DNA of 64,000 nucleotides, from assembly GCA_963847655.1 (NCBI GenBank), contig CAWKAS010000002.1:513729-577728 (forward strand), written 5' to 3'. Positions 29,294 to 39,524 of this stretch are shown in pieces. Each line of letters starts with the position of its first letter. Positions within the stretch are counted from its first letter, which is position 1. The notes beneath the pieces are model-generated. The model was not told where the DNA came from, did not search any database, and worked only from the letters and a program-made list of their open reading frames with translations. Position numbers and translations under genes: made by a program. This DNA is from an uncultured Acidobacteriota bacterium (lineage in GTDB: Bacteria > Acidobacteriota > Vicinamibacteria > Fen-336).

Positions 29294-31957
29294 ATGATCG
29301 GAATCCGACGGCTCACAGCGCTCTTCCTTCTCTCCGTGCTGATGCAGGGGTGCCAGATGAAGCAGGACGTGGCCGACGTGCGCCTGGACCTGCGGGAGGG
29401 CTGGGCCCTCCGCTCCTCCGCCGAGGTGGACCAGGGGGGACAGGCGCTCTCCCGGCCGGGCTTCGACACCACCGGCTGGCACGCGGCCACCGTGCCCACC
29501 ACCGTCGTGGGGGCCCTGGTCGAGGACGGGACCTACCCCGACCCCCACTTCGGGATGAACCTGAGGGAGATCCCGGGGACCGAGTACGAGATCGGAACCA
29601 ACTTCTCCAACGTGGAGATGCCGGAGGACAGCCCCTTCGCGGTGCCGTGGTGGTACCGGACGGAGTTCACGCTCCCCGACGAAGCGGAAGGAAGGACGGT
29701 CTGGCTGGGTTTCGGCGGGATCAACTACAAGGCCAACGTTTGGCTGAACGGGAAGCGGGTGGCCGAGGCCGACGAGATCGCGGGCTCGTGGCGGATCCAC
29801 GAGATGGATGTCACCGGGCTCGCGACCGCCGGCGCGACGAACGCGCTGGCCGTCGAGGTCTTCGCCCCCACGCCCGGCGATCTCGCCCTCACCTTCGTCG
29901 ACTGGAACCCGATGCCCCCGGACAAGGTGATGGGCCTCTACCGCCCGGTCACCGTTCGCACGAGCGGAGCGGTGGCCTTGCGACACCCGGCGGTGGTGGC
30001 GAAGCTCAACCCGCCCGCCCTGGACCGGGCCGAGCTGACGGTGAAGGTCTTCGCCCACAACGCGACCGGCGAGCCGGTGAGAGGGACCCTCGAGGGCACG
30101 CTCGGGGAGGCCACGTTCTCCGACGAGGTGTCGCTAGCCGCAGGAGAGACGCGCGAGATCGTCCTCGAGCCGTCCGAGAACCCGGATCTCGTGCTGAACC
30201 AGCCCAGGCTCTGGTGGCCCTGGCAGTACGGGGAGCCGAACCTCCACGACCTCGAGCTGGTGCTGAAGGTGGACGGCGCCGTCTCCGATCGGGCCACGTC
30301 GCGCTTCGGCATCCGGGAGTTCACCGCCACCATCGACGACCAGGGCCATCTCCTCTACCAGGTCAACGGGAAGCCGATCCTCATCCGCGGCGCGGGGTGG
30401 ACCTCGGAGATGATGCTCCGCTACTCGCCGGAGCGCTTCGAGCAGGAGCTGCGCTACGTCAAGGACCTGGGCCTCAACACCGTCCGTCTCGAGGGCAAGC
30501 TCGAGTGGGACGAGTTCTTCGACATCGCCGACCGCGAGGGCCTCATGGTGATGCCGGGCTGGTGCTGCTGCCACGTCTGGGAGAGGTGGGACGAGTGGGG
30601 GGAGGAGGACCTGCCCATCGCCGTCGCCCAGTTGCGCTCCCAGATACTGCGCCTCCGCGGGCGGGCATCCGTCTTCACCTGGCTGAACGCCAGCGACGGC
30701 CCGCCGCCGCCGGAGATCGAGAGGGCCTACCTGGCCACCCTCGAGGAGCTGGGCTTCCCCCACCCCGTCGTGTCCTCGGCCCACCACGAGCCCTCGAAGC
30801 TCACCGGCCCGAGCGGGGTGAAGATGCGCGGCCCCTACGAGTGGGTGCCGCCCATCTACTGGTACACCGACACGAGGTTCGGCGGTCCCCACGGCCTGGC
30901 CACCGAGATCGGCCCCGGCCCCGCCCCGCCGCCGGTCGAGAGCCTGCAGGGCTTCCTGCCCGAGGACGAGTTGTGGCCCATTGGCGAGGTCTGGAACTAC
31001 CACGCGGGCGGAGGGCCCTTCAAGACGCTGGACGTGTTCAACGCGGCGATGAACGCCCGCTACGGCGAGCCGAAGAGCCTCGAGGAGTATGCGCTCAAGG
31101 CCCAGGTCGCGGCCTACGAGTCGCACCGGGCGATGTTCGAGGCGTTCGGCGAGAGGAAGTACACCGCGACCGGCGTCGTCCAGTGGATGCTCAACAACGC
31201 CTGGCCGGGCCTCATCTGGCACCTCTACGACTACTCCCTGCGCCCCGGCGGCTCCTACTTCGGCGCCAAGAAGGCCCTGGAGCCCCTCCACGTCCAGTAC
31301 GCCTACGACGACCGCTCGGTGGCCGTCGTGAACTCCACGCTCAAGGACTTCCCGGGGATGAGCGTGACCGGGCGGGTCTTCGACCTGAACGGGGTCGAAA
31401 GGCACTCGCAGACGGAGCAGGTGGACGTGGCCCCCGACGGGACCGCCAAGGTGTTCTCGCTTCCCGAGCCCGGGGGCCTGACCCCGGCCTACTTCGTGGT
31501 GCTCACCCTCGACGACGCCACCGGCGGCACCGTCAGCCGCAACGTCTACTGGCTCTCGACGAAGCCCGATGTCCTCGCCTGGGACGACACCGAGTGGTAC
31601 TACACGCCGGTCGAGAGCTACGCGGACATGAGCGCCCTCGACTCACTGCCTCCGGCGGAGGTGAAGGCCACCGCGCGCTTCGCGACGTCGGGGGGCGAGA
31701 GCCGGGCCCACGTCCGCCTCGAGAACGCCTCGGAGGCGATGGCCTTCTTCCTTCACGCGAGCGTCCGCAAGGGCGAGGAGGGAGACGAGGTTCTGCCCGT
31801 CCTCTGGAGCGACAACGACGTCACGCTGGCCCCGGGCGAGACGCTCGAGCTGACGGCCACCTACGCCGCGAGCGACCTGGGGTCGGCCCGGCCGGTCGCG
31901 CGGGTCGAGGGCTGGAACGTCGAGCGACGGGTCGCGGGGTCGGCGGCGACGCCGTGA
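29294..31957 (+). CDS. Glycoside hydrolase family 2 (exo-beta-D-glucosaminidase/beta-mannosidase-like), secreted
   Basis: Signal MIGIRRLTALFLLSVLMQGC. GH2 N-terminal sugar-binding domain motifs WHAATVPTTVVGAL...WWYRTEFTLP...WLGFGGINYKANVWLNGKRV. Confidence 0.75.
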   Translation: MIGIRRLTALFLLSVLMQGCQMKQDVADVRLDLREGWALRSSAEVDQGGQALSRPGFDTTGWHAATVPTTVVGALVEDGTYPDPHFGMNLREIPGTEYEIGTNFSNVEMPEDSPFAVPWWYRTEFTLPDEAEGRTVWLGFGGINYKANVWLNGKRVAEADEIAGSWRIHEMDVTGLATAGATNALAVEVFAPTPGDLALTFVDWNPMPPDKVMGLYRPVTVRTSGAVALRHPAVVAKLNPPALDRAELTVKVFAHNATGEPVRGTLEGTLGEATFSDEVSLAAGETREIVLEPSENPDLVLNQPRLWWPWQYGEPNLHDLELVLKVDGAVSDRATSRFGIREFTATIDDQGHLLYQVNGKPILIRGAGWTSEMMLRYSPERFEQELRYVKDLGLNTVRLEGKLEWDEFFDIADREGLMVMPGWCCCHVWERWDEWGEEDLPIAVAQLRSQILRLRGRASVFTWLNASDGPPPPEIERAYLATLEELGFPHPVVSSAHHEPSKLTGPSGVKMRGPYEWVPPIYWYTDTRFGGPHGLATEIGPGPAPPPVESLQGFLPEDELWPIGEVWNYHAGGGPFKTLDVFNAAMNARYGEPKSLEEYALKAQVAAYESHRAMFEAFGERKYTATGVVQWMLNNAWPGLIWHLYDYSLRPGGSYFGAKKALEPLHVQYAYDDRSVAVVNSTLKDFPGMSVTGRVFDLNGVERHSQTEQVDVAPDGTAKVFSLPEPGGLTPAYFVVLTLDDATGGTVSRNVYWLSTKPDVLAWDDTEWYYTPVESYADMSALDSLPPAEVKATARFATSGGESRAHVRLENASEAMAFFLHASVRKGEEGDEVLPVLWSDNDVTLAPGETLELTATYAASDLGSARPVARVEGWNVERRVAGSAATP

Positions 31958-31960
31958 CGC

Positions 31961-32305
31961 GTGGGTAGGGACACGCGGCCCTCCGGCGGCGGCAACACCC
32001 GCCTCGTCTACTCGACGGGGGGCGACGCGCCCACATCCCGGACCGCGCCGGCCACGCCGGCGAAGCCGGGTCCCGGCATCCGCCTGCGCCTGGAGCGACG
32101 CGCCTCCGGCCGCGTGGTGACCGTGGTCTCCGGATTGCCTGGGGGCCGGGCCGAGGTCGCCACCCTGGCCCGCGAGCTGAAGACCGCCTGTGGGGCCGGC
32201 GGCACGGTCAAGGACGGCGCCCTGGAGCTCCAGGGGGACCACCGTGACCGGATCGCGTCGGTGCTCGCCGCCCGGGACCTGACGTTCAAGCGCTCCGGCG
32301 GCTGA
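31961..32305 (+). CDS. SUI1/eIF1-fold translation initiation factor homolog (YciH-like)
   Basis: RLVYSTGG...IRLRLERRASGRVVTVVSGLPGG...ELKTACGAGGTVKDGALELQGDHRDRI matches the YciH/SUI1 pattern; 3 bp after GH2. Confidence 0.75.
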   Translation: MGRDTRPSGGGNTRLVYSTGGDAPTSRTAPATPAKPGPGIRLRLERRASGRVVTVVSGLPGGRAEVATLARELKTACGAGGTVKDGALELQGDHRDRIASVLAARDLTFKRSGG

Positions 32306-32318
32306 GAGAGGTGGGCGG

Positions 32319-33212
32319 CTACAGCCTGATTCCGTTCACCGCGTCGGTGATGCGGCCGTTCACCTTCAGCATGATGTAGGTCACGTCGTTGGTGACGTCC
32401 TTTCGGAACTTGGTGACGTAGCGGGCGGCGTGGCGGGCCTTGTCGAAGAGAGCCTTCTCCATGTCCTGGAGGAGGGCGTCGGCCTCCAGCAGGCGGTGCT
32501 TGAGCTCCCGGAAGCGCCGGTTCATCTCCAGCAGGACGGGCCAGTCGAGCTCGTCGCCGGGGAAGGCGGGGGGGAACTCCTTCAGGATCTCGTTTGCCTG
32601 GTCCGAGAAGTCCTCGACCAGCTCCTGGAGGTCGCCCAGGTAGTCCGTCTCCAGCTTCTTCCGCATCCTCTCCGGGGCGTGCTCGTCGAGGCGGCGGCGC
32701 AGCTTCACGTTCTGCTCGCGGAGCGCGTTCCGCATCTCGCGCAGGCCGAAGTGATCGCGGTCGAGGCGATCCAGACTCAGCACGTCGCGCCCGAGGTAGA
32801 TCTTGTCCCCGTAGCGGGCGGGCAGGTCCTCGGCCCGCAGCGTGTAGAGCTTGACCTCGAAGGCGTCCTTCAGCCCGACGAAGCGCGCGATGACCAGGTG
32901 ATCGTTGACCGCGATGTCGTAGGAGTTGGCCTCCAGCAGCGCCGAGTACAGGGTGAGCCCGTACATGAGGTAACGCTTGAGCTCCTCGATCAGCTCCTGA
33001 CGCTGGGCGAGGATCCCCTGCAGCTGGGCGATCTCCTGCGCCGTGGCCTTGCCGGTGGTGATGTAGCGGCAGGCGGGGGTGATGATGAAACGGCAGCGCT
33101 CGAAGAAGAACTCGAGGTGCAGCTCCTCCAGCGCGCGGGCCTGGAAATGGTCGAGGTGATAGTCCGGGACGTGGAGTGACTCCTCGCTCACGATGGTGTT
33201 CAGCGACTGCAT
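32319..33212 (-). CDS. Hypothetical protein (no family recognised)
   Basis: 297 aa continuous ORF with plausible composition and slightly lower GC. Confidence 0.5.
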   Translation of the reverse strand: MQSLNTIVSEESLHVPDYHLDHFQARALEELHLEFFFERCRFIITPACRYITTGKATAQEIAQLQGILAQRQELIEELKRYLMYGLTLYSALLEANSYDIAVNDHLVIARFVGLKDAFEVKLYTLRAEDLPARYGDKIYLGRDVLSLDRLDRDHFGLREMRNALREQNVKLRRRLDEHAPERMRKKLETDYLGDLQELVEDFSDQANEILKEFPPAFPGDELDWPVLLEMNRRFRELKHRLLEADALLQDMEKALFDKARHAARYVTKFRKDVTNDVTYIMLKVNGRITDAVNGIRL

Positions 33213-33359
33213 GGCTGCCTCCGGGGCCGCAGCTCGTGGCCCGGCACGATGAGGCTACGCCCGGTCGGGGGTTGGGGTAAAGGGGAAAGGGCGTGACGAC
33301 GGCGGATATAATGCGCGTTTGCCGCCGGCCCTCTCGCCGACGGAACCGGAGGACTCCTC

Positions 33360-35450
33360 ATGCCCAAGACCGACCCGGCGCTCGATCGGCTCTGCGTCAA
33401 CACGCTCCGCGCCCTCTCCATCGACGCCATCCTCGAGGCGAACTCCGGTCACCCGGGGCTGCCCCTCGGGGCGGCCCCCGCGGCCTGGGCGCTGTGGTCA
33501 CGGCACCTCCGGCACAACCCCAAGAACCCGCACTGGCCCGACCGCGACCGCTTCGTACTCTCGGCGGGTCACGGCTCCATGCTCCTCTACAGCCTGCTCC
33601 ACCTCACCGGCTACGACCTCTCCCTCGACGAGATCAAGCGGTTCCGGCAGTGGGGCAGCAGGACCCCGGGCCATCCGGAGCACGGGATGGCCCCCGGGGT
33701 CGAGACCACCACCGGCCCCCTCGGCCAGGGCCTGGCCAACAGCGTGGGGATGGCCATGGCCGAGGCGCACCTGGCCGCACGTTTCAACCGGCCCGGCCAC
33801 ACCGTCGTCGACCACCACACCTTCGCCCTCGCCGGGGACGGCGATCTGATGGAGGGCGTGGCCGCGGAGGCGGCCTCTCTCGCCGGCCACCTCGCCCTGG
33901 GCAAGCTCACCTGCCTCTACGACGCCAACCGCATCTCGCTGGCCGGCGCCACCGACCTGTCCTTCACCCAGGACATGGGACGCACGTTCGAGGCCTGCGG
34001 CTGGCACGTGCAGACGGTCGAGGACGGCAACGACCTCGACGCCATCGACGCCGCGATCACGGCGGCGAAGTCGGTAACGGACCAGCCGTCCTTCATCGTC
34101 GTCCACTCCCACATCGGCTTCGGCAGCCCCAAGCAGGACACCTCCGGGGTCCACGGCTCACCGCTCGAGGCCGACGAGGTGAAGGAGACCAAGAAGAACC
34201 TCGGCTACCCGTCCGAGGAGCCGTTCTTCATTCCCGAAGAAGCGCTGAAGCAGATGCGCTCGGCGGTCGAGGAGGGCGCGCAGCGGGAAGCCGAGTGGCG
34301 CACGCGTTTCGAGGCCTACGCCAGGGCCCATCCCGACCTCGCCGCGGAGCTCGAGCGCGCGCTCGCCGGCGAGCTCCCCACGGGGTGGGACGCGGACATC
34401 CCGAGCTTCGCCGCCTCTGACGGGCCGATGGCGACGCGAAAGGCCGGGGGCAACGTCATCAACGCCATCGCTGCGCGGGTGCCGGAGCTCTTCGGCGGGT
34501 CGGCGGACCTGAACCCCTCGACCAACACCGCGCTCAAGGGCGCTGGCGACTTCCAGAACCCGGCCCTGAAGGGAGACCGGGAGGGCGCGGTTGGCAAAGA
34601 CTGGGGCTACGCCGGACGCAACGTCCACTTCGGGGTGCGCGAGCACGCCATGGGGGCGATCGCCTCCGGGCTGGCCCTGCACGGGGGGATCAGGCCGTTC
34701 ACCGCCACCTTCCTGATGTTCGCCGACTACATGCGCCCAGCGATCCGCCTCGCCTCGCTCATGGAGCTGCCGGTCATCTACGTCTTCACCCACGACAGCA
34801 TTGCCGTCGGCGAGGACGGCCCGACCCACGAGCCGGTGGAGCACGCGGCCGCGCTGCGGGCCATCCCCCATCTGACGGTCATCCGTCCCGCCGACGCCAA
34901 CGAGACGGCGGCAGCCTGGCGCTTCGCCATGACCCACACCGGCGGCCCGGTGGCCCTCCTGCTGACTCGTCAGAATCTGCCGATTCTCGCAGGCCCCGCG
35001 GCCGTCGAGCGCGGCGGCTACGTCCTGGCCGACGCCGAGGGCACGCCGGAGCTGGTGATGATGGCGAGCGGCTCCGAGGTCTCCGTGGCCCTCGAGGCGC
35101 GCGAGATCCTGGGGAAGGACAAGGTCCGGGTGGTCAGCATGCCGAGCCTGGGTCTCTTCCTGGCCCAGGACGAGACCTACCGCGACTCCGTCATTCCCTC
35201 CCGGCTGTGGGCCCGCATGGCGATCGAGGCCGGGGTGCCCCAAGGCTGGCACCGCCTCGTCGGGCCCCTGGGCGAGGTGGTGGCCATCGAGAACCGCTAC
35301 GGCGCGTCCGCACCGGGCAAGGAGGTCATGGAGCACTACGGCTTCACCGGCGCCCAGGTGGCGGAGCGGGCCCGAAAGCTGCTCGCGTCCTACCCGGCGC
35401 GGGCGAAGGCGCTGGCGGGGACGCTGACGGCGTCGCACCGCGGGAGTTGA
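33360..35450 (+). CDS. tkt: Transketolase
   Basis: [14 protein letters not shown]..., [38 protein letters not shown], ThDP-binding GDGDLMEGV; 696 aa. Confidence 0.9.
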   Translation: MPKTDPALDRLCVNTLRALSIDAILEANSGHPGLPLGAAPAAWALWSRHLRHNPKNPHWPDRDRFVLSAGHGSMLLYSLLHLTGYDLSLDEIKRFRQWGSRTPGHPEHGMAPGVETTTGPLGQGLANSVGMAMAEAHLAARFNRPGHTVVDHHTFALAGDGDLMEGVAAEAASLAGHLALGKLTCLYDANRISLAGATDLSFTQDMGRTFEACGWHVQTVEDGNDLDAIDAAITAAKSVTDQPSFIVVHSHIGFGSPKQDTSGVHGSPLEADEVKETKKNLGYPSEEPFFIPEEALKQMRSAVEEGAQREAEWRTRFEAYARAHPDLAAELERALAGELPTGWDADIPSFAASDGPMATRKAGGNVINAIAARVPELFGGSADLNPSTNTALKGAGDFQNPALKGDREGAVGKDWGYAGRNVHFGVREHAMGAIASGLALHGGIRPFTATFLMFADYMRPAIRLASLMELPVIYVFTHDSIAVGEDGPTHEPVEHAAALRAIPHLTVIRPADANETAAAWRFAMTHTGGPVALLLTRQNLPILAGPAAVERGGYVLADAEGTPELVMMASGSEVSVALEAREILGKDKVRVVSMPSLGLFLAQDETYRDSVIPSRLWARMAIEAGVPQGWHRLVGPLGEVVAIENRYGASAPGKEVMEHYGFTGAQVAERARKLLASYPARAKALAGTLTASHRGS

Positions 35451-35471
35451 CGCGGTGACGCGCGGCCCCGA

Positions 35472-37643
35472 TCAGGGCCGCGCGCACCGTGGCGGCAGCT
35501 CGAACGACTCGGTCACGACGACCGCGGTCTGGCCGTGGACGCGGCCGCGGGCGCCCGACCCCACGCCCTGGGCGGCGAACGCCTCCCAGACCAGGCACTC
35601 GTGGCCCGAGCCCGAGCGGATCACGGACTCCAGGATGCCGTGGCGCATGTCCTCGAATGCGGGGCGAGCCGGCGTGTAGTACATGCCGTCGACCGTGTAG
35701 TCGAGCAGCAGGCCCCTGCCCAGCCCTTCGCGCCGGAAGATCTCCCACAGACGCCAGCCGATCGCCGCGTAGACCTCGCCGTCATCGTGCACCTCGGCGC
35801 CGGTCACGTCGCCGTAGGTGAGCGGGTAGCCGGCGTAGGGGAAGCGCCGGATGCCGCGGGGGTCGTCGTATGAGTACTCACCCACCACGTCGTCCTCGTT
35901 GATCAGGATCGCCAGCCAGTCGCTCACGCCCTCGCCGACGGCCCCGGCCAGCGGGCCGCTCATGCTGCCGATCATGCGCCAGGTGAGCCCGTGGCCGTAC
36001 TCGTGCCAGACGATGTCCGAGTCGAAGTCGCCGTCGCGCTGCAGCGGCGGCGGATCGGTGAGCCGCACCGTGGCCCCCACGCCGGGGAGGCCCGAGGCGA
36101 TGGTGGCGCCGTCGCCCTGGCCGACAAAGACCGACGGGATCATCACCGCGGGGTCGTCGCCGCCCATCGTGAGGATCGAGTCGCCGGCGTTGTTCGCCAC
36201 GATGACGGCGACAGCCCCGGCCTCCTGGGCGTTCAGCACCTTGAGCACGAAGGTACAGGTGCCGCGGTCCACGAGCGCGATGTTGCCGGAGACATCGGCC
36301 GCGTTCACCAGCGGCTCGCAGGCGTCGCTCACGACGCCCGATGCGTCGTCCGCTCGCACCACGGCGCCGCCGAGGCCGACGGCATCGAGCGGGGGCCCGA
36401 ACTCGGCGCCCTGGGCGAGGTAGGTGCCGGCGATGAACTCGGGGCTGTGGACCACCACCTGGTGGGTGCCCTTGCCCGTCCACAGGAACATCTGCATCCG
36501 CGGGCTCTGCCCGTCGGTCGGCGTCGCGAAGTTCGCGTTGTCGGTCCCGCTGCCGTCCTGGGCCTCCGCCTGGACCGGGTCGCCGTCGTGGCCGCCGAGG
36601 CCGAAGTTGTCCTCCTGGAAGTTCCCGGCCGCCTCGGTGAAGCCGTGACGGTGGAGCTCGTCGTGGATCACGTTGTTCAGGTAGAAGAGATTCTGGACCG
36701 CCACCGCGCGGTTCACGTCGACGGACGGCGAGACGGCCAGATCGGCGACGGTCACGAAGCTGCCGTCCACCACCGGCTCGCCCCCGGCATCCGGCTCGTT
36801 GTCCGCGTCGGTGTCGAGGTAGGCGCGCGCGTTGTTGCCGGCGATGTCGACGCTCAGCTGGGCCTCGGGGAAGAGCCAGCCGATCGGCGACTGCTCGTTG
36901 CCGGGCCCGGGCCCGGGCACGATCCGCTGGGGCGTCGTCACCGGATCGACCGGGAAGACGTTGTACTGGTCGTCGTTCGTGCGCGACACGATCGAGATCA
37001 CCCGGCCATCGCCCCCGACCAGCGTCTCGTGCAGCTGGTTGCGCGCGCGGCTCCAGGTCTCCACCACGAAGCCGGCCTGGAGGACACCCCCGCCGACGGG
37101 CACGGCCACCGGCGTTACTCGCGGCTCGACGTGAAACACCTGGCCCCGCTCGAAGAGGACCAGGGCGCCCTCGCGCCCCGCCTCGGCGGGCGGCCGGAGG
37201 CCTGGGTAGAGACGCGCGAGGGTGGCCCGCAGCGCGTCGCGCGCGCTTATCCGCGCGGGACGTACGCCCGCAGCGGGCACCGGGACCAGGTCCTCGATCA
37301 GGTGGACCAGCTCGCCCCGCTCGGTCAGTGCCGCCTTCGCGTAGGCGTCGTGGACCCTCAGGCCGGCGACCTCCTGCTCGAGCCGGACGTGCGTGATGCC
37401 GGTCCGTTCCACGCGGTGCTCGCTGACTGCGCGCAGAGAGCCGAGCGTTCCCGCTCCGACACCATGCCCCCGCAGAAACCCGCTCACGACGGCGAGGGAG
37501 GTGTCCGCCGACGGCGGCGTGAGCGCCTGGGCCGCCTCGGCACGGAAGACGCGGGCACGGGCCGCCGACGAGTCGTCCGCGGGAGCGGCGAGCCCCGAGC
37601 CGGCGCACAGGGAGAGCACGACGAGCGTCGTCTTCAGCTTCAT
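35472..37643 (-). CDS. Secreted M36 (fungalysin)-family zinc metalloprotease with PA domain
   Basis: Signal MKLKTTLVVLSLCAGSGLAA (RBS GAGGTG). FTGP-like N-terminus, PA insert, HEYGHGLTWRM HExxH motif. The 1306 aa in the ORF track is an open-frame artefact. Confidence 0.75.
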   Translation of the reverse strand: MKLKTTLVVLSLCAGSGLAAPADDSSAARARVFRAEAAQALTPPSADTSLAVVSGFLRGHGVGAGTLGSLRAVSEHRVERTGITHVRLEQEVAGLRVHDAYAKAALTERGELVHLIEDLVPVPAAGVRPARISARDALRATLARLYPGLRPPAEAGREGALVLFERGQVFHVEPRVTPVAVPVGGGVLQAGFVVETWSRARNQLHETLVGGDGRVISIVSRTNDDQYNVFPVDPVTTPQRIVPGPGPGNEQSPIGWLFPEAQLSVDIAGNNARAYLDTDADNEPDAGGEPVVDGSFVTVADLAVSPSVDVNRAVAVQNLFYLNNVIHDELHRHGFTEAAGNFQEDNFGLGGHDGDPVQAEAQDGSGTDNANFATPTDGQSPRMQMFLWTGKGTHQVVVHSPEFIAGTYLAQGAEFGPPLDAVGLGGAVVRADDASGVVSDACEPLVNAADVSGNIALVDRGTCTFVLKVLNAQEAGAVAVIVANNAGDSILTMGGDDPAVMIPSVFVGQGDGATIASGLPGVGATVRLTDPPPLQRDGDFDSDIVWHEYGHGLTWRMIGSMSGPLAGAVGEGVSDWLAILINEDDVVGEYSYDDPRGIRRFPYAGYPLTYGDVTGAEVHDDGEVYAAIGWRLWEIFRREGLGRGLLLDYTVDGMYYTPARPAFEDMRHGILESVIRSGSGHECLVWEAFAAQGVGSGARGRVHGQTAVVVTESFELPPRCARP

Positions 37644-37791
37644 GGGCGTCACCTCGATCTGCCTCCAAGCTGCGCCGGTGCCCGCGCGGTGTCCATCGGG
37701 CGAACGTTCGAAGGCGTCGATTGGACGGCCGAAATGGAGGGTGCGGGCGATCTGGAGCTCGTTCCGGAGAGGGACCCGCGTCAGGTCCGGC

Positions 37792-38836
37792 TCACTCGTA
37801 GTGCTTCCAGTCGGGCCAGACGTCGGCGATGCGGACGCGCGCGTGGCGAACGATCCAGATGGGCATCTGGTCACGCCAGGGCATGCAGCCCTCGCAGTCG
37901 TGGATGTCGGCCAGCTCCACCTCCTCGAAGAGCCGGGAGAGGCTCTCGGGGTCGTTGCCGAGGACGATGGCGACATCGACCGGGTCCCGGGGAGGGCCCC
38001 ACAGGAACCAGGCGTTGTGGCTGCTGTAGACGGGGAGCAGACCACGGTCGCGGCCCAGCCATTCGAGAGCGCCCGCCTGGCCGTAGCTGGGGGCGAAGTA
38101 GACGACGTGCGCGCGCTCCTCGGGAGTGAGGCGCTCCCGAGCGGCGGCGACCTCGTCGACGAGCTGCTCCCAACCCAGGCGGTCGGCGAGCCACTGGGGC
38201 AGCTCGGTGCGCTTGCCCGGGCCGCGCTCGACCTGGGGCACGACGCCGAGGGTGCTGGCCCAGCGCGCGGTCGGCTCGGGGGCCAGGACGGGCAGGCCCA
38301 GCGGGGCGAAGACGAGTCCCCCGGGCGAGGGTCTGCTTGTAGAGGCTGGCGTTGCGGTAGAACTCGAGCGACGGCCAGTCGTGGTTCACCTGCCAGAGCA
38401 GGTTCGGGGCCAGGATCAGGCCGGCGAGGGCGGCACCGAGCCACAACCAGGGGCCCTTGAGGTGGCGGCGCGCGGGGGTGAGAACCAGGCCTGCGGCAAG
38501 GCCGGCGGCGAGCAGGATCACGGTGTGCTTGTTCAGCAGGGCCAGGGCGGGAGGGAGGCGCAGGGCGAGCATCCCGTCGCCGAGGAGGACGCGGGAGAGG
38601 CGCAGCAGGGCCGGGGCCAGGGGCGGGTGGTCCACATAGCCCCAGGCCAGGCGCTCGGAGCAGGACATGTAGTAGTGCTCGTCGATGAAGCGGCCGTAGG
38701 GGCCCACGAGCGCGGGGATCAGGATGAGGAGCAGGCCGACCGCTCCGAAGGCCAGGGGGACGATGAGGCGCGAGGGCTGGGGACTGGGGGTCACGGGGCC
38801 TCCGTCCTGACGGTGGCGGCGTCGTGGGGTTGGCAC
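37792..38836 (-). CDS. Membrane glycosyltransferase, GT39/ArnT-like, single frameshift at a C/G homopolymer (about 38325)
   Basis: N-part GPYGRFIDEHYYMSCSERLAWGYVDHPPLAPALLRLS and TM helices in one frame. C-part ...FAPLGLPVLAPEP...VVYFAPSYGQAGALEWLG in another. Join at cagaccctcgcccggggga. Confidence 0.55.
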
Positions 38837-39400
38837 AGGGCGCTCGAGAAGAACGGGAGCATCTGCTGCTCGATGCGAGAGCCGAGGCGGTCGACGTGAC
38901 CGCCGTCGTGCTCGGTGAGGCGGTGGTCGATGCCGGCGTCGGCGAGGAGGCGGGAGAGGTGGCGGGCGCCACGCGGGATCCAGGGGAGGCCGTCGTTGCG
39001 GCCGATGTCGATGTGGAGGCCGCGCAGGGAGGCGAGGGCGTGGTGGTGGTCGGCCACCTTCCGCTCGAGATCGCCGAAGCCGGCGCGCAGGCGCTCGGGC
39101 TCCCAGGAGACGAAGGGCGGGCCCGCGGCGGGAGCCGGGGCGAAGGCCGCGGCGTAGGCCAGGGCGAAGCCCGAGCGGTAGGCGAAGCGGTTGCTCGCGG
39201 CGAGGAGCTCGTGCGAGAAGCCCACCAGGCGGGCCGGAGCCTCCGCTGTGGGCCAGGCGCGCATGCGCCGGGTCTGGATGCGCCAGCCTTCGACGTAGGG
39301 GGCGGAGAGCATGCCCTGGTCCTCGAGGCCGCGCTCGTCGAAGAGGCCCGGGCTGGCGGCGAAGACGGCGCCAAAGACGTCGGGGTCGGCATGGGACGAA
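38791..39400 (-). CDS. Esterase-family (PF00756-like alpha/beta hydrolase) protein; N-terminus unclear, possibly frameshifted
   Basis: C-terminal DPDVFGAVFAASPGLFDERG...LHIDIGRNDGL...EHDGGHVDRLG...LPFF fits the putative-esterase family. Upstream in-frame sequence is low complexity. Confidence 0.5.
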
Positions 39401-39524
39401 GATGGGGTCGGGATCGGCCCTCGTCCAGGGAAATGGGACGGGCGGGACGAGGGTGGGGCGAGCGGAGGAGTCGCGCGCCTCTCGGTGGGCCCTCGAGGGG
39501 CGAGCGCGGTCCCTGCCGGGCAGA

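Noticed and set aside
35472-39392. 1306 aa minus-strand ORF
   Set aside because: The real gene is the 723 aa M36 protease starting at MKLKTT with an RBS. The N-terminal 580 aa is Pro/Ala/Ser-rich alternate-frame sequence.
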